The translations under genes were made by a program, and so were the position numbers. From positions 992,001-1,056,000 of the forward strand of contig OZ241863.1 of assembly GCA_965203055.1 (NCBI GenBank): a stretch of DNA of 64,000 nucleotides. Direction: 5' to 3'. This document shows positions 53,813-63,159 of this stretch, piece after piece (the stretch's first letter is position 1; each line of letters starts with the position of its first letter). A model generated the notes under the pieces. It was given only the letters and a program-made list of their open reading frames with translations. It was not told the DNA's origin and ran no database searches. The DNA is from Spirochaetia bacterium. Lineage in GTDB: Bacteria; Spirochaetota; Spirochaetia; SZUA-6; Bin103.

Positions 53813-56749
53813 ATGCGTTGGCGTGATGCAGGTGACTCCGGTGGTGGGTCGGCGGCCGGGAGTAGTGGGACCCTGAACAAGGCGTCGCTGTATGCCCTGT
53901 TGAAGACCATTCTACAGTCGTCCGAGAGGGTGCACGTCGAGGCGGACGATCCGCATTTCAGGCTGACGCTGTCGCTGACTGACGATGCTCGGGTGGTCCT
54001 CGAGGGTGCTGTCCAGGTGGATGGTATCGATCTCTCCGGGCGTGATCTGGGGTTCTCCAGTGACGGGGGGAGCGGTGTCAGCTTCACGATGCCCGGCATC
54101 ACGACGGCGGATGAGGGGAGCGACCTTGGGCGGGTAAATACCGTCGAGAAGCTCAACTTCACAGGCGCGGGCGTGACGGCGACGCGCGTGCCCGGTTCGC
54201 CTGAGACTACCGTCAACATTCCCGGCGCCAACCCTGGGTCGGGCGGTGTGTCGTTGGCGCAGGTGGACGGGCGGATCGATGGGAATCCGCGGGTGACGAG
54301 TCTGTCGCGCTTCGAGGCGGCGCTCCGCAAGACCACCGTCATCAGCGGACCCGCTGCCTTCACGGTGGCGTCGCCGAACGCCGCGGTGGCGATCAGCGGG
54401 TCGGTGCCGGGCGCGGAAGCGGACCGCGAGCTGGTGGTGGCGGTGACCGGCTCCCCCACCCAGACGTTTCAGCTCTCCTCGTTCGCCGGCAAGGATGCGG
54501 CGGCCGCCGCCATCACGCTCACGGACGCCAACTCGGTGAAGTGGGAGGCGGGCACGGTGACGTATCGCCTTGGCCACACCGCCGCCGGAGGGTTCGTTGC
54601 GTCCGCCAGTACCGCCGCCACCTACACCATCACCTTGACGGACAGCCGGATCGACCTTGAGGGTTGGGCGCGGTTGAACGGCGGTCAGATCCCCGCCGAC
54701 CGGCTGCCGAACGGCGGCGGGTTGGGGCAGGCTGCGGTGGACGCGCGGATCGACGCGAATCCGCGGGTGACGAGTCTGTCGCGCTTCGAGGCGGCGCTCC
54801 GCAAGACGACCGTCATCAGCGGACCCGCTGCCTTCACGGTGGCGTCGCCGAACGCCGCGGTGGCGATCAGCGGGTCGGTGCCGGGCGCGGAAGCGGACCG
54901 CGAGCTGGTGGTGGCGGTGACCGGCTCCCCCACCCAGACGTTCCAGCTCTCCTCGTTCGCCGGCAAGGATGCGGCGGCCGCCGCCATCACGCTCACGGAC
55001 GCCAACTCGGTGAAGTGGATGGCAGGCACGGTGACGTATCGCCTTGGCCACACCGCCGCCGGGGGGTTCGTTGCGTCCGCCAGTACCGCCGCCACCTACA
55101 CCATCACCTTGACGGACAGCCGGATCGACCTTGAGACGTGGGCGCGGCGAAACGGCGAGCAGATTCCTGCCAACCGCCTGCCGAACGGCGGCGGTCTGAC
55201 CCAGGGGCAGGTGGACGCGCGCATCGAGTCGTTCGCGCGCGCCGGCACCACCACCAGGGTGCCGGAATCGCACCTCCCGACCGACCTCGATCACCTTCTG
55301 GACGCGCTGGCCGACGGCGGGTGGTCCACGGAGGGGAACAACGCCGCCAAGGACGCGTGGATCGCTCAGGTTGCCAGCCCAACGGAACCGACCCTCGCGG
55401 CGGCGCGCGGCTACACCTACGCCAGCGCCACCTGGGAGCGGACCGGCTCCACGATTACGCCGGCGTGGCTGACCGTGCGGGTGCCGGCGGGGCTGAAGGA
55501 TGAGGTGGCCGCCGGGAACCTGCGTCTGATCGCCGACTACAACAACGACCCGGACGACATGGGCGACATCGCGGTGTCGAGTGGCTGGACCCACGTGGGG
55601 GACAGCACGGACGACGCCTACCGGTACTACATCCAGCGCTTCACGGGGGTGCCGGCGGGAGCCAACATCGTGCAGCGCTACACCCGGTTCCGCATCGACC
55701 GCACCAAGCTCGACACCGGGGTGCCGGCAGGTGAAGCGGGAGATGACGGCAAGGTACTGGCCTACCATCCGGGCGGCAATGAGTGGGAGGAGCTGCCGAT
55801 CCTGCACGGCATCCAGCGGCTCCACAGCGGTACGATTCCCGGATTGAGCATCACGAACCTGGGCAACGTTCGGAACCAGACCATCAATCTGTTCTCGCCG
55901 GCATTCGACCTCGATGACAACGGTAGGGGTGAGTTTCACGTTCAAGGCGTGCTGACGATCTCTACGCGGTCGCACAGCACCGTCGGATGGAACGATGGCG
56001 GCAACGATCTGTCAGAGCAGATCAGCGGCTATGTGTTCGCTTCCGTGCTGTCTGCGGCTGCGGATTTTGTGACCGCTGGCGCGGTTGAGGGAGTGAAAGT
56101 AGGGAAGGTGGACCTCTACAAGGGGTCCGCGAAGCAGGGCGAGGTGAGCTTGTGGCTGGTTCACAACTCCGACAACCATGTAGGGGCGGTACTGGACTAC
56201 GAACCTGAGACGGGAGCCAGCAGCACCGATAACATCACGTTGGGGGCGCAGCTCCAGGTGAGCTTCGCGCCGTCCGACCCCGCCGGCGGGGCCAGCGCAA
56301 CGCGCGGGCGGGGGCGCCTGATCGCTACCGCCACGCTTCCGGCGGTGGCCAGTGGGACGGACTTTATCCGTACCACGACATGGGCCGTGGAGAGTGCCTT
56401 TTCGACCGAATATAATTCGCGTACAACCGATGGGAGCATGTTTCTTCCAAATTTTCTACCAGCGAATCAATTGGGATTTATCAACGAGGTGAAGGACGTC
56501 AATGACGACCTGCTCTCTTCGTTCTATATTCCGTGGTCTCCTCCAGTTGTGTCTTATAGGAGAACGACAGCTGGCGTTGCTCGAACGGTTTACCTTATCC
56601 CGCTTCCCTATGATAGTACCCAACGGTCGGTGAACCAAGTGTTTGAGAAGAGGTTTAGATCCAGTGACGTTAACAAGATCTTCTTCAACGCGACTGGGAA
56701 GGCATTCAAGGCCGGTATCAAGGTTGAGTTGTACGAGTGGCTGGCGTGA
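53813..56749 (+). CDS. Large phage-like (tail-fibre/adhesin-like) hypothetical protein with internal duplication
   Basis: RBS GGAGGTG; G/A/T/S/V-rich beta-strand-type sequence; DEGSDLG...LNFTGAGVTAT; 158-aa tandem repeat; lower-GC C-terminus. Confidence 0.6.
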   Translation: MRWRDAGDSGGGSAAGSSGTLNKASLYALLKTILQSSERVHVEADDPHFRLTLSLTDDARVVLEGAVQVDGIDLSGRDLGFSSDGGSGVSFTMPGITTADEGSDLGRVNTVEKLNFTGAGVTATRVPGSPETTVNIPGANPGSGGVSLAQVDGRIDGNPRVTSLSRFEAALRKTTVISGPAAFTVASPNAAVAISGSVPGAEADRELVVAVTGSPTQTFQLSSFAGKDAAAAAITLTDANSVKWEAGTVTYRLGHTAAGGFVASASTAATYTITLTDSRIDLEGWARLNGGQIPADRLPNGGGLGQAAVDARIDANPRVTSLSRFEAALRKTTVISGPAAFTVASPNAAVAISGSVPGAEADRELVVAVTGSPTQTFQLSSFAGKDAAAAAITLTDANSVKWMAGTVTYRLGHTAAGGFVASASTAATYTITLTDSRIDLETWARRNGEQIPANRLPNGGGLTQGQVDARIESFARAGTTTRVPESHLPTDLDHLLDALADGGWSTEGNNAAKDAWIAQVASPTEPTLAAARGYTYASATWERTGSTITPAWLTVRVPAGLKDEVAAGNLRLIADYNNDPDDMGDIAVSSGWTHVGDSTDDAYRYYIQRFTGVPAGANIVQRYTRFRIDRTKLDTGVPAGEAGDDGKVLAYHPGGNEWEELPILHGIQRLHSGTIPGLSITNLGNVRNQTINLFSPAFDLDDNGRGEFHVQGVLTISTRSHSTVGWNDGGNDLSEQISGYVFASVLSAAADFVTAGAVEGVKVGKVDLYKGSAKQGEVSLWLVHNSDNHVGAVLDYEPETGASSTDNITLGAQLQVSFAPSDPAGGASATRGRGRLIATATLPAVASGTDFIRTTTWAVESAFSTEYNSRTTDGSMFLPNFLPANQLGFINEVKDVNDDLLSSFYIPWSPPVVSYRRTTAGVARTVYLIPLPYDSTQRSVNQVFEKRFRSSDVNKIFFNATGKAFKAGIKVELYEWLA
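54263..55210 (+). repeat. 474-bp tandem duplication (2 units; a third VDARI motif starts at 55211)
   Basis: 54284-54660 is nearly identical to 54758-55134; GTGGAC motif recurs at 54263, 54737 and 55211. Confidence 0.95.
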
Positions 56750-56752
56750 CCG

Positions 56753-56989
56753 GTGCCCTTGACCTACCGGGATAACTTCGGTGGCGGCATCAATCAGCGG
56801 CCTCCAGGACTGCCTCGGGGTGTATTCGTGCGGCGGCGCGCTGCAGTATGCGCCGGCAGCGCCCAGCTCGCCTACGCGCTGCGGGAAGCGGTCGTCGACG
56901 GCGTGGAACGGATAGTCGATGGTACATTTACGTTCGTGCCGCATGGTCTGCCACTCATCATACCGGATACCGCACCGCGCCTCGATTGA
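56753..56989 (+). CDS. Small hypothetical protein downstream of the phage-like gene
   Basis: Starts 3 nt after the upstream stop on the same strand. Confidence 0.4.
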   Translation: MPLTYRDNFGGGINQRPPGLPRGVFVRRRAAVCAGSAQLAYALREAVVDGVERIVDGTFTFVPHGLPLIIPDTAPRLD

Positions 56990-57292
56990 TGCCCAAGCGC
57001 CTGACGTGGCACCGATCCTGGCGCTCGCCGGGCGCCGCCGAGCATAAGCATCGAATCGACCGGGACGATGGTTGAGGCGGGATTGCGGCCCGGCCCAGAG
57101 GGGCGGGGGCTGACCCGACAGGGGCGCCGCGGAACGTCATCTTCCTGCACCACCTGGGCCTCTCCTACGACACGGCGGTGCGGAGATTCGCGGCCGAGTT
57201 CGCTACGGGCGCCCGACCATCAGAGCCATCGCCTCGGCCGGTACCTGTTCGTGCCGGACGCGTTGGGCCTGTCGTGCGCAATCCTGGTCATC

Positions 57293-57880
57293 ATGGAGAT
57301 CGCCCGCTCCCAGGCGCGGCTGCGGTCGCAGGCGTGCGCGGCGCTCGGCGGGGTCGGCGCGCTGCTCGTCCTGGTCCGCCAAGCCGCCTACGGGGCGGGG
57401 CTGACGCGCGATTCGACTCGCTACGTGGCGGGCGCGCGCAATCTGCTGGAATGGCAACGGGTTGGCCGCGGCGTTCGGCAGCCCGGAGCAGGGCGGACCG
57501 CTGTTCACTCTGCTCCGGGCGTTTGCCGGCTCCTTCGGCCCGGAGGTGATCGAGGCGGCCCGCTACGGCGCAGCCTCGCACGGCGCCGCGCCCGCTTACC
57601 CGGCCTGCTCCGGCGGCATGGCGACGCGCGTTGACCCTCTGCCTGGGGTTCGTGGCCGCGTACGCGCTGTTCCTGATGGTGTTCGTCCGTCCGGCGGCGA
57701 CCGGATCGCTGCGGTGCTGCGGTGGATCGAAGAAGGAAGCGGATATGCGTCCGTCCATGGGCCGAGTCCGGCGTGATTCGCCAGTTGCGCGCCGACCCGC
57801 AGAACGGCGTCATCTGGAGCACCGACCGCGCGGCCGTCTCCCTGCACGCTGCTCTACCGCAAGGTTCCGTGCGCACCGGA
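57293..57880 (+). pseudogene. Degraded membrane protein, possibly a GT-C/PMT-like glycosyltransferase remnant
   Basis: GLTRDSTRYVAGARNLLE / frameshift near 57452 / GNG...PLFTLL; later hydrophobic pieces in other frames; end approximate. Confidence 0.35.
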
Positions 57881-57896
57881 GGACCGCCCGCCGTCC

Positions 57897-60800
57897 TCAA
57901 AGCGCGGTCTTCAAGGTGCCGGAGACTTCGGCGAGCAGGCGGTCGAGGGCGGCGCGCACCTCGGGCGGCGAGTCGCTGTCCAGTTCCACGTTCATCTTGA
58001 AGCGGAGCGCGTAGCCGGCGCTCTCCTCCAACAACTGCGGGAGCAGCTCGGCGAGGTCCTGGATCTGCCCGGCGTCAAGCGTAACCGCGCCGGACGCGCC
58101 GGACGGGACCGCGGGCGGCTGCGGATCGTATTCCGCCGGCCGCTCCAGCAGGACGCTGCCGGCCTGGTCGTAGCCGCAGTTGAGCACGCCGCTGGCGGCG
58201 GCCAACTGCAGCCAGCGGCTCTCGACGCCGGCCTTGATGCTGTCCCGCACCAGACCCCAGGGCAGGGCGGTGCGCCGCGTCTGCGACAGCGCCCGGGTCA
58301 GGGCAACGCCGTTCACGCTGCCGCCGCGCCACTCCTCGGGGAGCGCATGAGCGGTCAGTTCCTGCGCCGGGATCAGCGCCGGCGGCGGATGCAGCACGGC
58401 CGCCTCGTCGAGCGCGCCGTAGGGGACCGGCTCGTTCCACACCGAGGTGGGGCCGTTGGTGAGCCACACCCGCCCCTGCTCCACCGCGCGCGCCGCGGCG
58501 CTCCGCACCGTCTCCGCGGAACACCGCGGGATGCTGAGCGTATCGTCACAGGCGTATCCCTGTTGGCGGACCTGCACGGTGTGACCGCCGGCGAAGTACG
58601 CCGCCAGCGCGCGCAGCGTGAGCTGCGGCGCGGCGCCGCGCTCCTCCGGCCACAACGCCGGCAACGCGCCGGGCGCCAGCAGCGCGGGGGGCAGTTCGAG
58701 CAGCTCGGCGCGTTCCGGCAGCGCTACCTCCAACCCGGGGTCGGTCTGCGCGTCCGGGTCCACGGCCACGCGCCACCAGGTGCGAACGCTGCCGTCCGGG
58801 CGCGCCAGCCGGGCCAGCAGCAACCCGCGCTCCACGCCCTGCAGCACGGTGTCGAACAGCACCCGCGGATCGAGCACCTTGGGCAGGCGCGACTGGCGCG
58901 AGAACGCGCCGGCCAAGTCCTTCACCAGGCGGGCATCCTCATCCTCCCGCCACAGGTCGTAGGGACCGTCGGGCAGCAGCGCTTCCGCATCCAACGCGGT
59001 CTCGGTGATGCGCGCGCGCTTGTCGTTCTTGATCGCCGCGAACAGCGGCCCGGCGCTGGGAGTAAGTCGGAAGGCGTGCACCTCGTTGTCGTCGTTCACC
59101 GTCACCACCACCTGGTACGCCTGCCGGACCATGTCGGGCACCAGCCGGCGCGCTTCCTGCAGCCGCCGGTGCAGGAGCTCGCGCGGCACCGGATCGACCC
59201 GGTGACCGGCAAGTTCACGCTCCACCTCTTCCCACCCGAGCAACGCCCGCACGCAACTGCGCGCCGCCTGCAGACCGGTGCGCGACGGCACCGCCAGCAC
59301 GACCGCGTTGCGATGCACGCGCGGCTGGTGCGGCCCGCTCACTTCGGTCAGAAAGCGGCGCGCGGCGCTGCTCGGCTTGCCCGACTCGGAAGCGGCGTCC
59401 GCGCCCAGCAGCACGTAGCGAAACGCGCCGTCGTCGCCCACCTCGCGCGGCGCCGCCGGCAGCCGATGCACGCTTGCTCCGGCCGCCTTGGCGCCTTCCA
59501 CCAACGCCCGGGTCTCGCGCACCGCCTGCTCCAGGCGCGCCGCCTCCGCCTCAGCGGTCACCCGCTGGCGGCACGCTTCGTCGTGCATCTGGCGCAGGTT
59601 GGGGCGGTTGCCGAGGCGCCACGACTTCGGCAGCGCCGCCGCGGTGCGCGGATCCTCCGCCCCCAGGTCCTCGTCGTCCAGAAACCAGGAGAGTTCGCGC
59701 CAGCGGCGCAACCCCTTGTCGATCTCGATCGCGTCCGGCGCCGCGCTGCCGGCCATCCGCAGCAAATCGGGCGTGGACGCCTTGTGCCCGACCGGCTGCG
59801 AGTGCAGGAACACTGCCAGCACCGCCTGCTCCGCCTCGCGTCCCTCCCGCAGCGCCGGCACCTCCTCCTGAATCTGGCGCGCCTTGGCCAGTTCGGCCTC
59901 CAGCAGCGGTACCCAGTCGGTCTTGCTGCCCTCCACCTGCTCCGAAGTGGCGACGCCGGCGAGTTCGCGCACCGCCTCCGACACCGTCTGCGCTCCGGGC
60001 GCCGCCAGCAGCGCCCCGACGCCGATCAGCGGACTGCGGTCCCAACGCTCGGCCGCGCGCAGCGCGGTCGCCAGGATGCGCAGGATGCCGCGCGTGCGCT
60101 GGAACCCGTCGAGTTGCGTCCAGCGGCTGTAGAACACGTCGGTCAGGTCGGGATGGAAGGGGAAGGAGTCGATGAACCGCTCCTCGGCCGCGGCGCGCGC
60201 GCGGGCGGTGGTTTCGTCCAGCTTGGCGAGGCCGCGCACCACGCCGATCACGTGGGAGCGAAACGCGTTCCGGTCGCCCAGCTCGCCGGGCGCGAAGAAG
60301 CGCCGGCGCAGCACCTCGGCCACGTCGCCGCGCTGGACCGGCTGCACCCCCTCTTCGCGCTGGCGCCGGAACACGTCGAACAGCTCGGCGATCAACTGTT
60401 GCGCCAGCTCGCCGCGCTGCCGGTTGGGGTCGGTGGCCAACAGCGACGCCACCAGCGCGGCGCGGTCCACCTTGGCCACCGCCTGCGTCAGATACTGAAA
60501 GAAGTCGACGATGCGCTCGCGCCACACCGGGTCGAGCCCGGCCTTCTCGCGCGCGTACATCAGCACCTCGTCGATCAGGATCAGGGTCGCGCGGCCGTGC
60601 TGCTGCGGGAGTTCGAGCAGCTTCACCAGCAACGGCTCGGCCGGCGGCGTGGCGCGCTCGGCGTCGCCGCCGGCGCCGTGAATGGCGCGCAGTCCGTCCG
60701 CGCCGGCAAGCTGGAACGCCAGCACGCTCCACGGATGGCGCAGCGTGCGGCGCTCGCCGTCCGGCGCGCGCACCCCTTCGATGCCGCGCTCGGCGTCGAT

Positions 60801-61220
60801 CTTGTCGAAGCACAGCGTCACCGTGACCGCCGGCGGCAAGTCGGCCCCCACGTGCTCGCGGAACTCCCGCACCGCCGCCACCTCGGGCAGCGCCGCCGGT
60901 TCCCGGAACAGGTGATAGAGGGCTATCAGCGTGTGCGTCTTGCCGCCGCCGTAGGTCAGCTCCAACTGCCGCACCGCCTTGTCGCTGCGCCCGGCCAGCC
61001 GGCCGGCAACGTCCTTCACCAGCTCCCGCAGGGCATGGGTGGGGTAGGTCAGCGCGAAGAACTTCGCAGGGTCCTCGTAGACCGGGCGCCGGCCCTGCGC
61101 CAGCGTCACCTCATGCAGGTCGGCCGCGAACTCGGCCAGCGCGAGCTCGCCGGTGCGCAGCTCCTCCTTCAGCCGCACCACCTCGTGCCACGGCCTCGAA
61201 CGACTACCCTTCGCCATCAT
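57897..61220 (-). CDS. DUF499-family ATPase
   Basis: PWHEVV..., EFAADL, YEDP..FF..TYPT, LTYGGGKTH, ILIDE, FPFHPDL, FQRTRGILR. Confidence 0.88.
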   Translation of the reverse strand: MMAKGSRSRPWHEVVRLKEELRTGELALAEFAADLHEVTLAQGRRPVYEDPAKFFALTYPTHALRELVKDVAGRLAGRSDKAVRQLELTYGGGKTHTLIALYHLFREPAALPEVAAVREFREHVGADLPPAVTVTLCFDKIDAERGIEGVRAPDGERRTLRHPWSVLAFQLAGADGLRAIHGAGGDAERATPPAEPLLVKLLELPQQHGRATLILIDEVLMYAREKAGLDPVWRERIVDFFQYLTQAVAKVDRAALVASLLATDPNRQRGELAQQLIAELFDVFRRQREEGVQPVQRGDVAEVLRRRFFAPGELGDRNAFRSHVIGVVRGLAKLDETTARARAAAEERFIDSFPFHPDLTDVFYSRWTQLDGFQRTRGILRILATALRAAERWDRSPLIGVGALLAAPGAQTVSEAVRELAGVATSEQVEGSKTDWVPLLEAELAKARQIQEEVPALREGREAEQAVLAVFLHSQPVGHKASTPDLLRMAGSAAPDAIEIDKGLRRWRELSWFLDDEDLGAEDPRTAAALPKSWRLGNRPNLRQMHDEACRQRVTAEAEAARLEQAVRETRALVEGAKAAGASVHRLPAAPREVGDDGAFRYVLLGADAASESGKPSSAARRFLTEVSGPHQPRVHRNAVVLAVPSRTGLQAARSCVRALLGWEEVERELAGHRVDPVPRELLHRRLQEARRLVPDMVRQAYQVVVTVNDDNEVHAFRLTPSAGPLFAAIKNDKRARITETALDAEALLPDGPYDLWREDEDARLVKDLAGAFSRQSRLPKVLDPRVLFDTVLQGVERGLLLARLARPDGSVRTWWRVAVDPDAQTDPGLEVALPERAELLELPPALLAPGALPALWPEERGAAPQLTLRALAAYFAGGHTVQVRQQGYACDDTLSIPRCSAETVRSAAARAVEQGRVWLTNGPTSVWNEPVPYGALDEAAVLHPPPALIPAQELTAHALPEEWRGGSVNGVALTRALSQTRRTALPWGLVRDSIKAGVESRWLQLAAASGVLNCGYDQAGSVLLERPAEYDPQPPAVPSGASGAVTLDAGQIQDLAELLPQLLEESAGYALRFKMNVELDSDSPPEVRAALDRLLAEVSGTLKTAL

Positions 61221-61848
61221 TCACCTCCGGAAACCAAGTTTGGAGGGTGCCTCGCAGCTCACCGAAGGCCGGATCGGTACATCCCCTTGCGTCCACTTGC
61301 TGGCCAAGCCGAAAGAACTTGCTCGACGAGCGTCTTACCCGCCTGCGCACCGCCGCCTGTCTCATGGCGCGTTGCATTGCGCTTTTGGGATCGGGCGGCT
61401 TCGGACGATCGGTTGGCCATAGACCCTGCGATCCAAGCCAAGATCGAAGGTCACCGTAGCCTTCCCAACCCATAAATCGGGCAACGATTGGTGACTTGAT
61501 CCACACCCATGCTTCGAGCTCCGGATCGATGACAATGGCCTTCGAGCGTTTTCCCCATCCGTTCATGCTGAGTTGTCGCTCGACTTCTTGTTGTGTTTCT
61601 TCACGTGATGCCGTGCTCCCACTACCGTCGAGATCGAAAACTACCATTGCGTATCGGTGGCTCCGGAAGAACGGCCTAAGGTAGTCAGCGGCTTGCGTTC
61701 TACATCCTGGATCTCGATTCGGATGCCGTGCTACGTCATAGCTGAACTGAGCGTTCCTCAGAGGCTGCGGACGTGAGAAAAGGCCGCGGACTGCCTGTTC
61801 CATGTCGAGATCAGCAACCAGAACCATGAGGTCGATTCTGTCACTCAT
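61204..61848 (-). CDS. TOPRIM-like nuclease-fold protein (MAD4/DUF4276-like)
   Basis: LVADLDME, HPNRDPGC, VVFDLDGSG, IVIDPELEAWVW, KPPDPK; ATGA-coupled to the upstream ATPase. Confidence 0.65.
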   Translation of the reverse strand: MSDRIDLMVLVADLDMEQAVRGLFSRPQPLRNAQFSYDVARHPNRDPGCRTQAADYLRPFFRSHRYAMVVFDLDGSGSTASREETQQEVERQLSMNGWGKRSKAIVIDPELEAWVWIKSPIVARFMGWEGYGDLRSWLGSQGLWPTDRPKPPDPKSAMQRAMRQAAVRRRVRRSSSKFFRLGQQVDARGCTDPAFGELRGTLQTWFPEVNDGEG

Positions 61849-63113
61849 CCAATAACGCCCGTCGCGAACAGGATATTCATATCGACCGCACCTTGCCAGT
61901 CTCGCAAGAGGGGATGGTCGTCGCCGCGAACGATGTCGGTAGCTCCGTCGGCGTCCTTCGCGAAGCAGAGCACCTCTTTGGGTTCAGCAAGATTCAGGAA
62001 AGAGGGGGAATGAGTTGCCGCCAACACTTGCGAACGATGAACCGAAGCAAGCGAATCATATATCGGATCGAGTGCCAGCGGGTGGACACCGTTCTCCGGC
62101 TCCTCCAGCAGATACAGTCCGCCCGAGCTTGGCAGATAGGCAAGGAGCGTGAGCGCCAAGAACCGTAGTGTCCCGTCGGAAGCAGTCCACGACGGTATCC
62201 GCACCCCGGTGCGGTACTCAAGCATCAGGTACGCATGGCGATCGTCTTTGCGTGCGACCACTCGTATATCGTCCAAGTCCGACAACACCGTTTGCACGTG
62301 CCGCAGCCACTCCTCGTAGTCGGATCTGTGCCTCGTCTTGAGGCGGGCGATGGCCCACGGAAGATTGGCTCCATCCGCCGAGAACTCGAGATGACGTAGT
62401 TTCGGTGGACTCGCCTGGCGCATTCTTGAGCTATCCAGAAACACGGGCATGATCCGGCTCTTAAGGAACTGTTTCACATAGGTGGACGCGGGAAACTGCT
62501 TCGACGACTCCGGGAGATTTCCTAGCGTAGAGCGGTGTGGTCCAAACGAAAAATCGGTGACCCATCCCTGTCCAGGTCTCTCCGAGACCTCGATGCTGAA
62601 GTTATCGCGCCCCTTCCGGGACTTGCTCAGGACGGTTCGAACGCCATTGCGCCTGCTTGTTGTCAGAATCGTATCAGGAGCGGCGGCAGGACTCGGGAAT
62701 CGAACACCTCGACGCGCATCGACGTCGGTAGCCGGCATGAGAAGCCCCTTTTCGGAGTCAATAAGAAGCGCCTTGTCTTCCTGTTCCCTGATACGCACTT
62801 CATAACGAAGGACCTGAAATTGCCTGGCCGCGGGGAGATGTACTCTAACGGTATCGGGGATATCGAATTCCACGGCCAGTTCAAAACAGGGATTCCGCTC
62901 CGGCCTGCCCCATACCAGGTCCTGGAAGTTATGAGTACGCCGCTCTATTGCCGCATCGAGTCCGTCCGAAATGAGATCACTGAGGAACGACAGGACATCC
63001 AGCACGGTGCTCTTGCCGCTGGCGTTAGGACCTACCAGAACGTGGAAGCGGTTCAACGATACGTCCACATAGCGCAAACAACGGTAATTGAGTGCCTGAA
63101 TACGACGAATCAT
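61845..63113 (-). CDS. ABC/AAA_21-type ATPase (MAD3/OLD-ABC-like)
   Basis: NYRCL, VGPNASGKST, SDGTLR, LLEEPENGVHP, ATHSP. Confidence 0.85.
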   Translation of the reverse strand: MIRRIQALNYRCLRYVDVSLNRFHVLVGPNASGKSTVLDVLSFLSDLISDGLDAAIERRTHNFQDLVWGRPERNPCFELAVEFDIPDTVRVHLPAARQFQVLRYEVRIREQEDKALLIDSEKGLLMPATDVDARRGVRFPSPAAAPDTILTTSRRNGVRTVLSKSRKGRDNFSIEVSERPGQGWVTDFSFGPHRSTLGNLPESSKQFPASTYVKQFLKSRIMPVFLDSSRMRQASPPKLRHLEFSADGANLPWAIARLKTRHRSDYEEWLRHVQTVLSDLDDIRVVARKDDRHAYLMLEYRTGVRIPSWTASDGTLRFLALTLLAYLPSSGGLYLLEEPENGVHPLALDPIYDSLASVHRSQVLAATHSPSFLNLAEPKEVLCFAKDADGATDIVRGDDHPLLRDWQGAVDMNILFATGVIG

Positions 63114-63159
63114 CGAAACAACAAGTAGCGGCTGCGTACCATTCTACCGCGCTGGTACA

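Noticed and set aside
54263..55210. Near-identical repeat pair as a DGR template/variable repeat
   Set aside because: The copies are in-frame tandem within one ORF, the differences are not adenine-specific, and no reverse transcriptase is in the window
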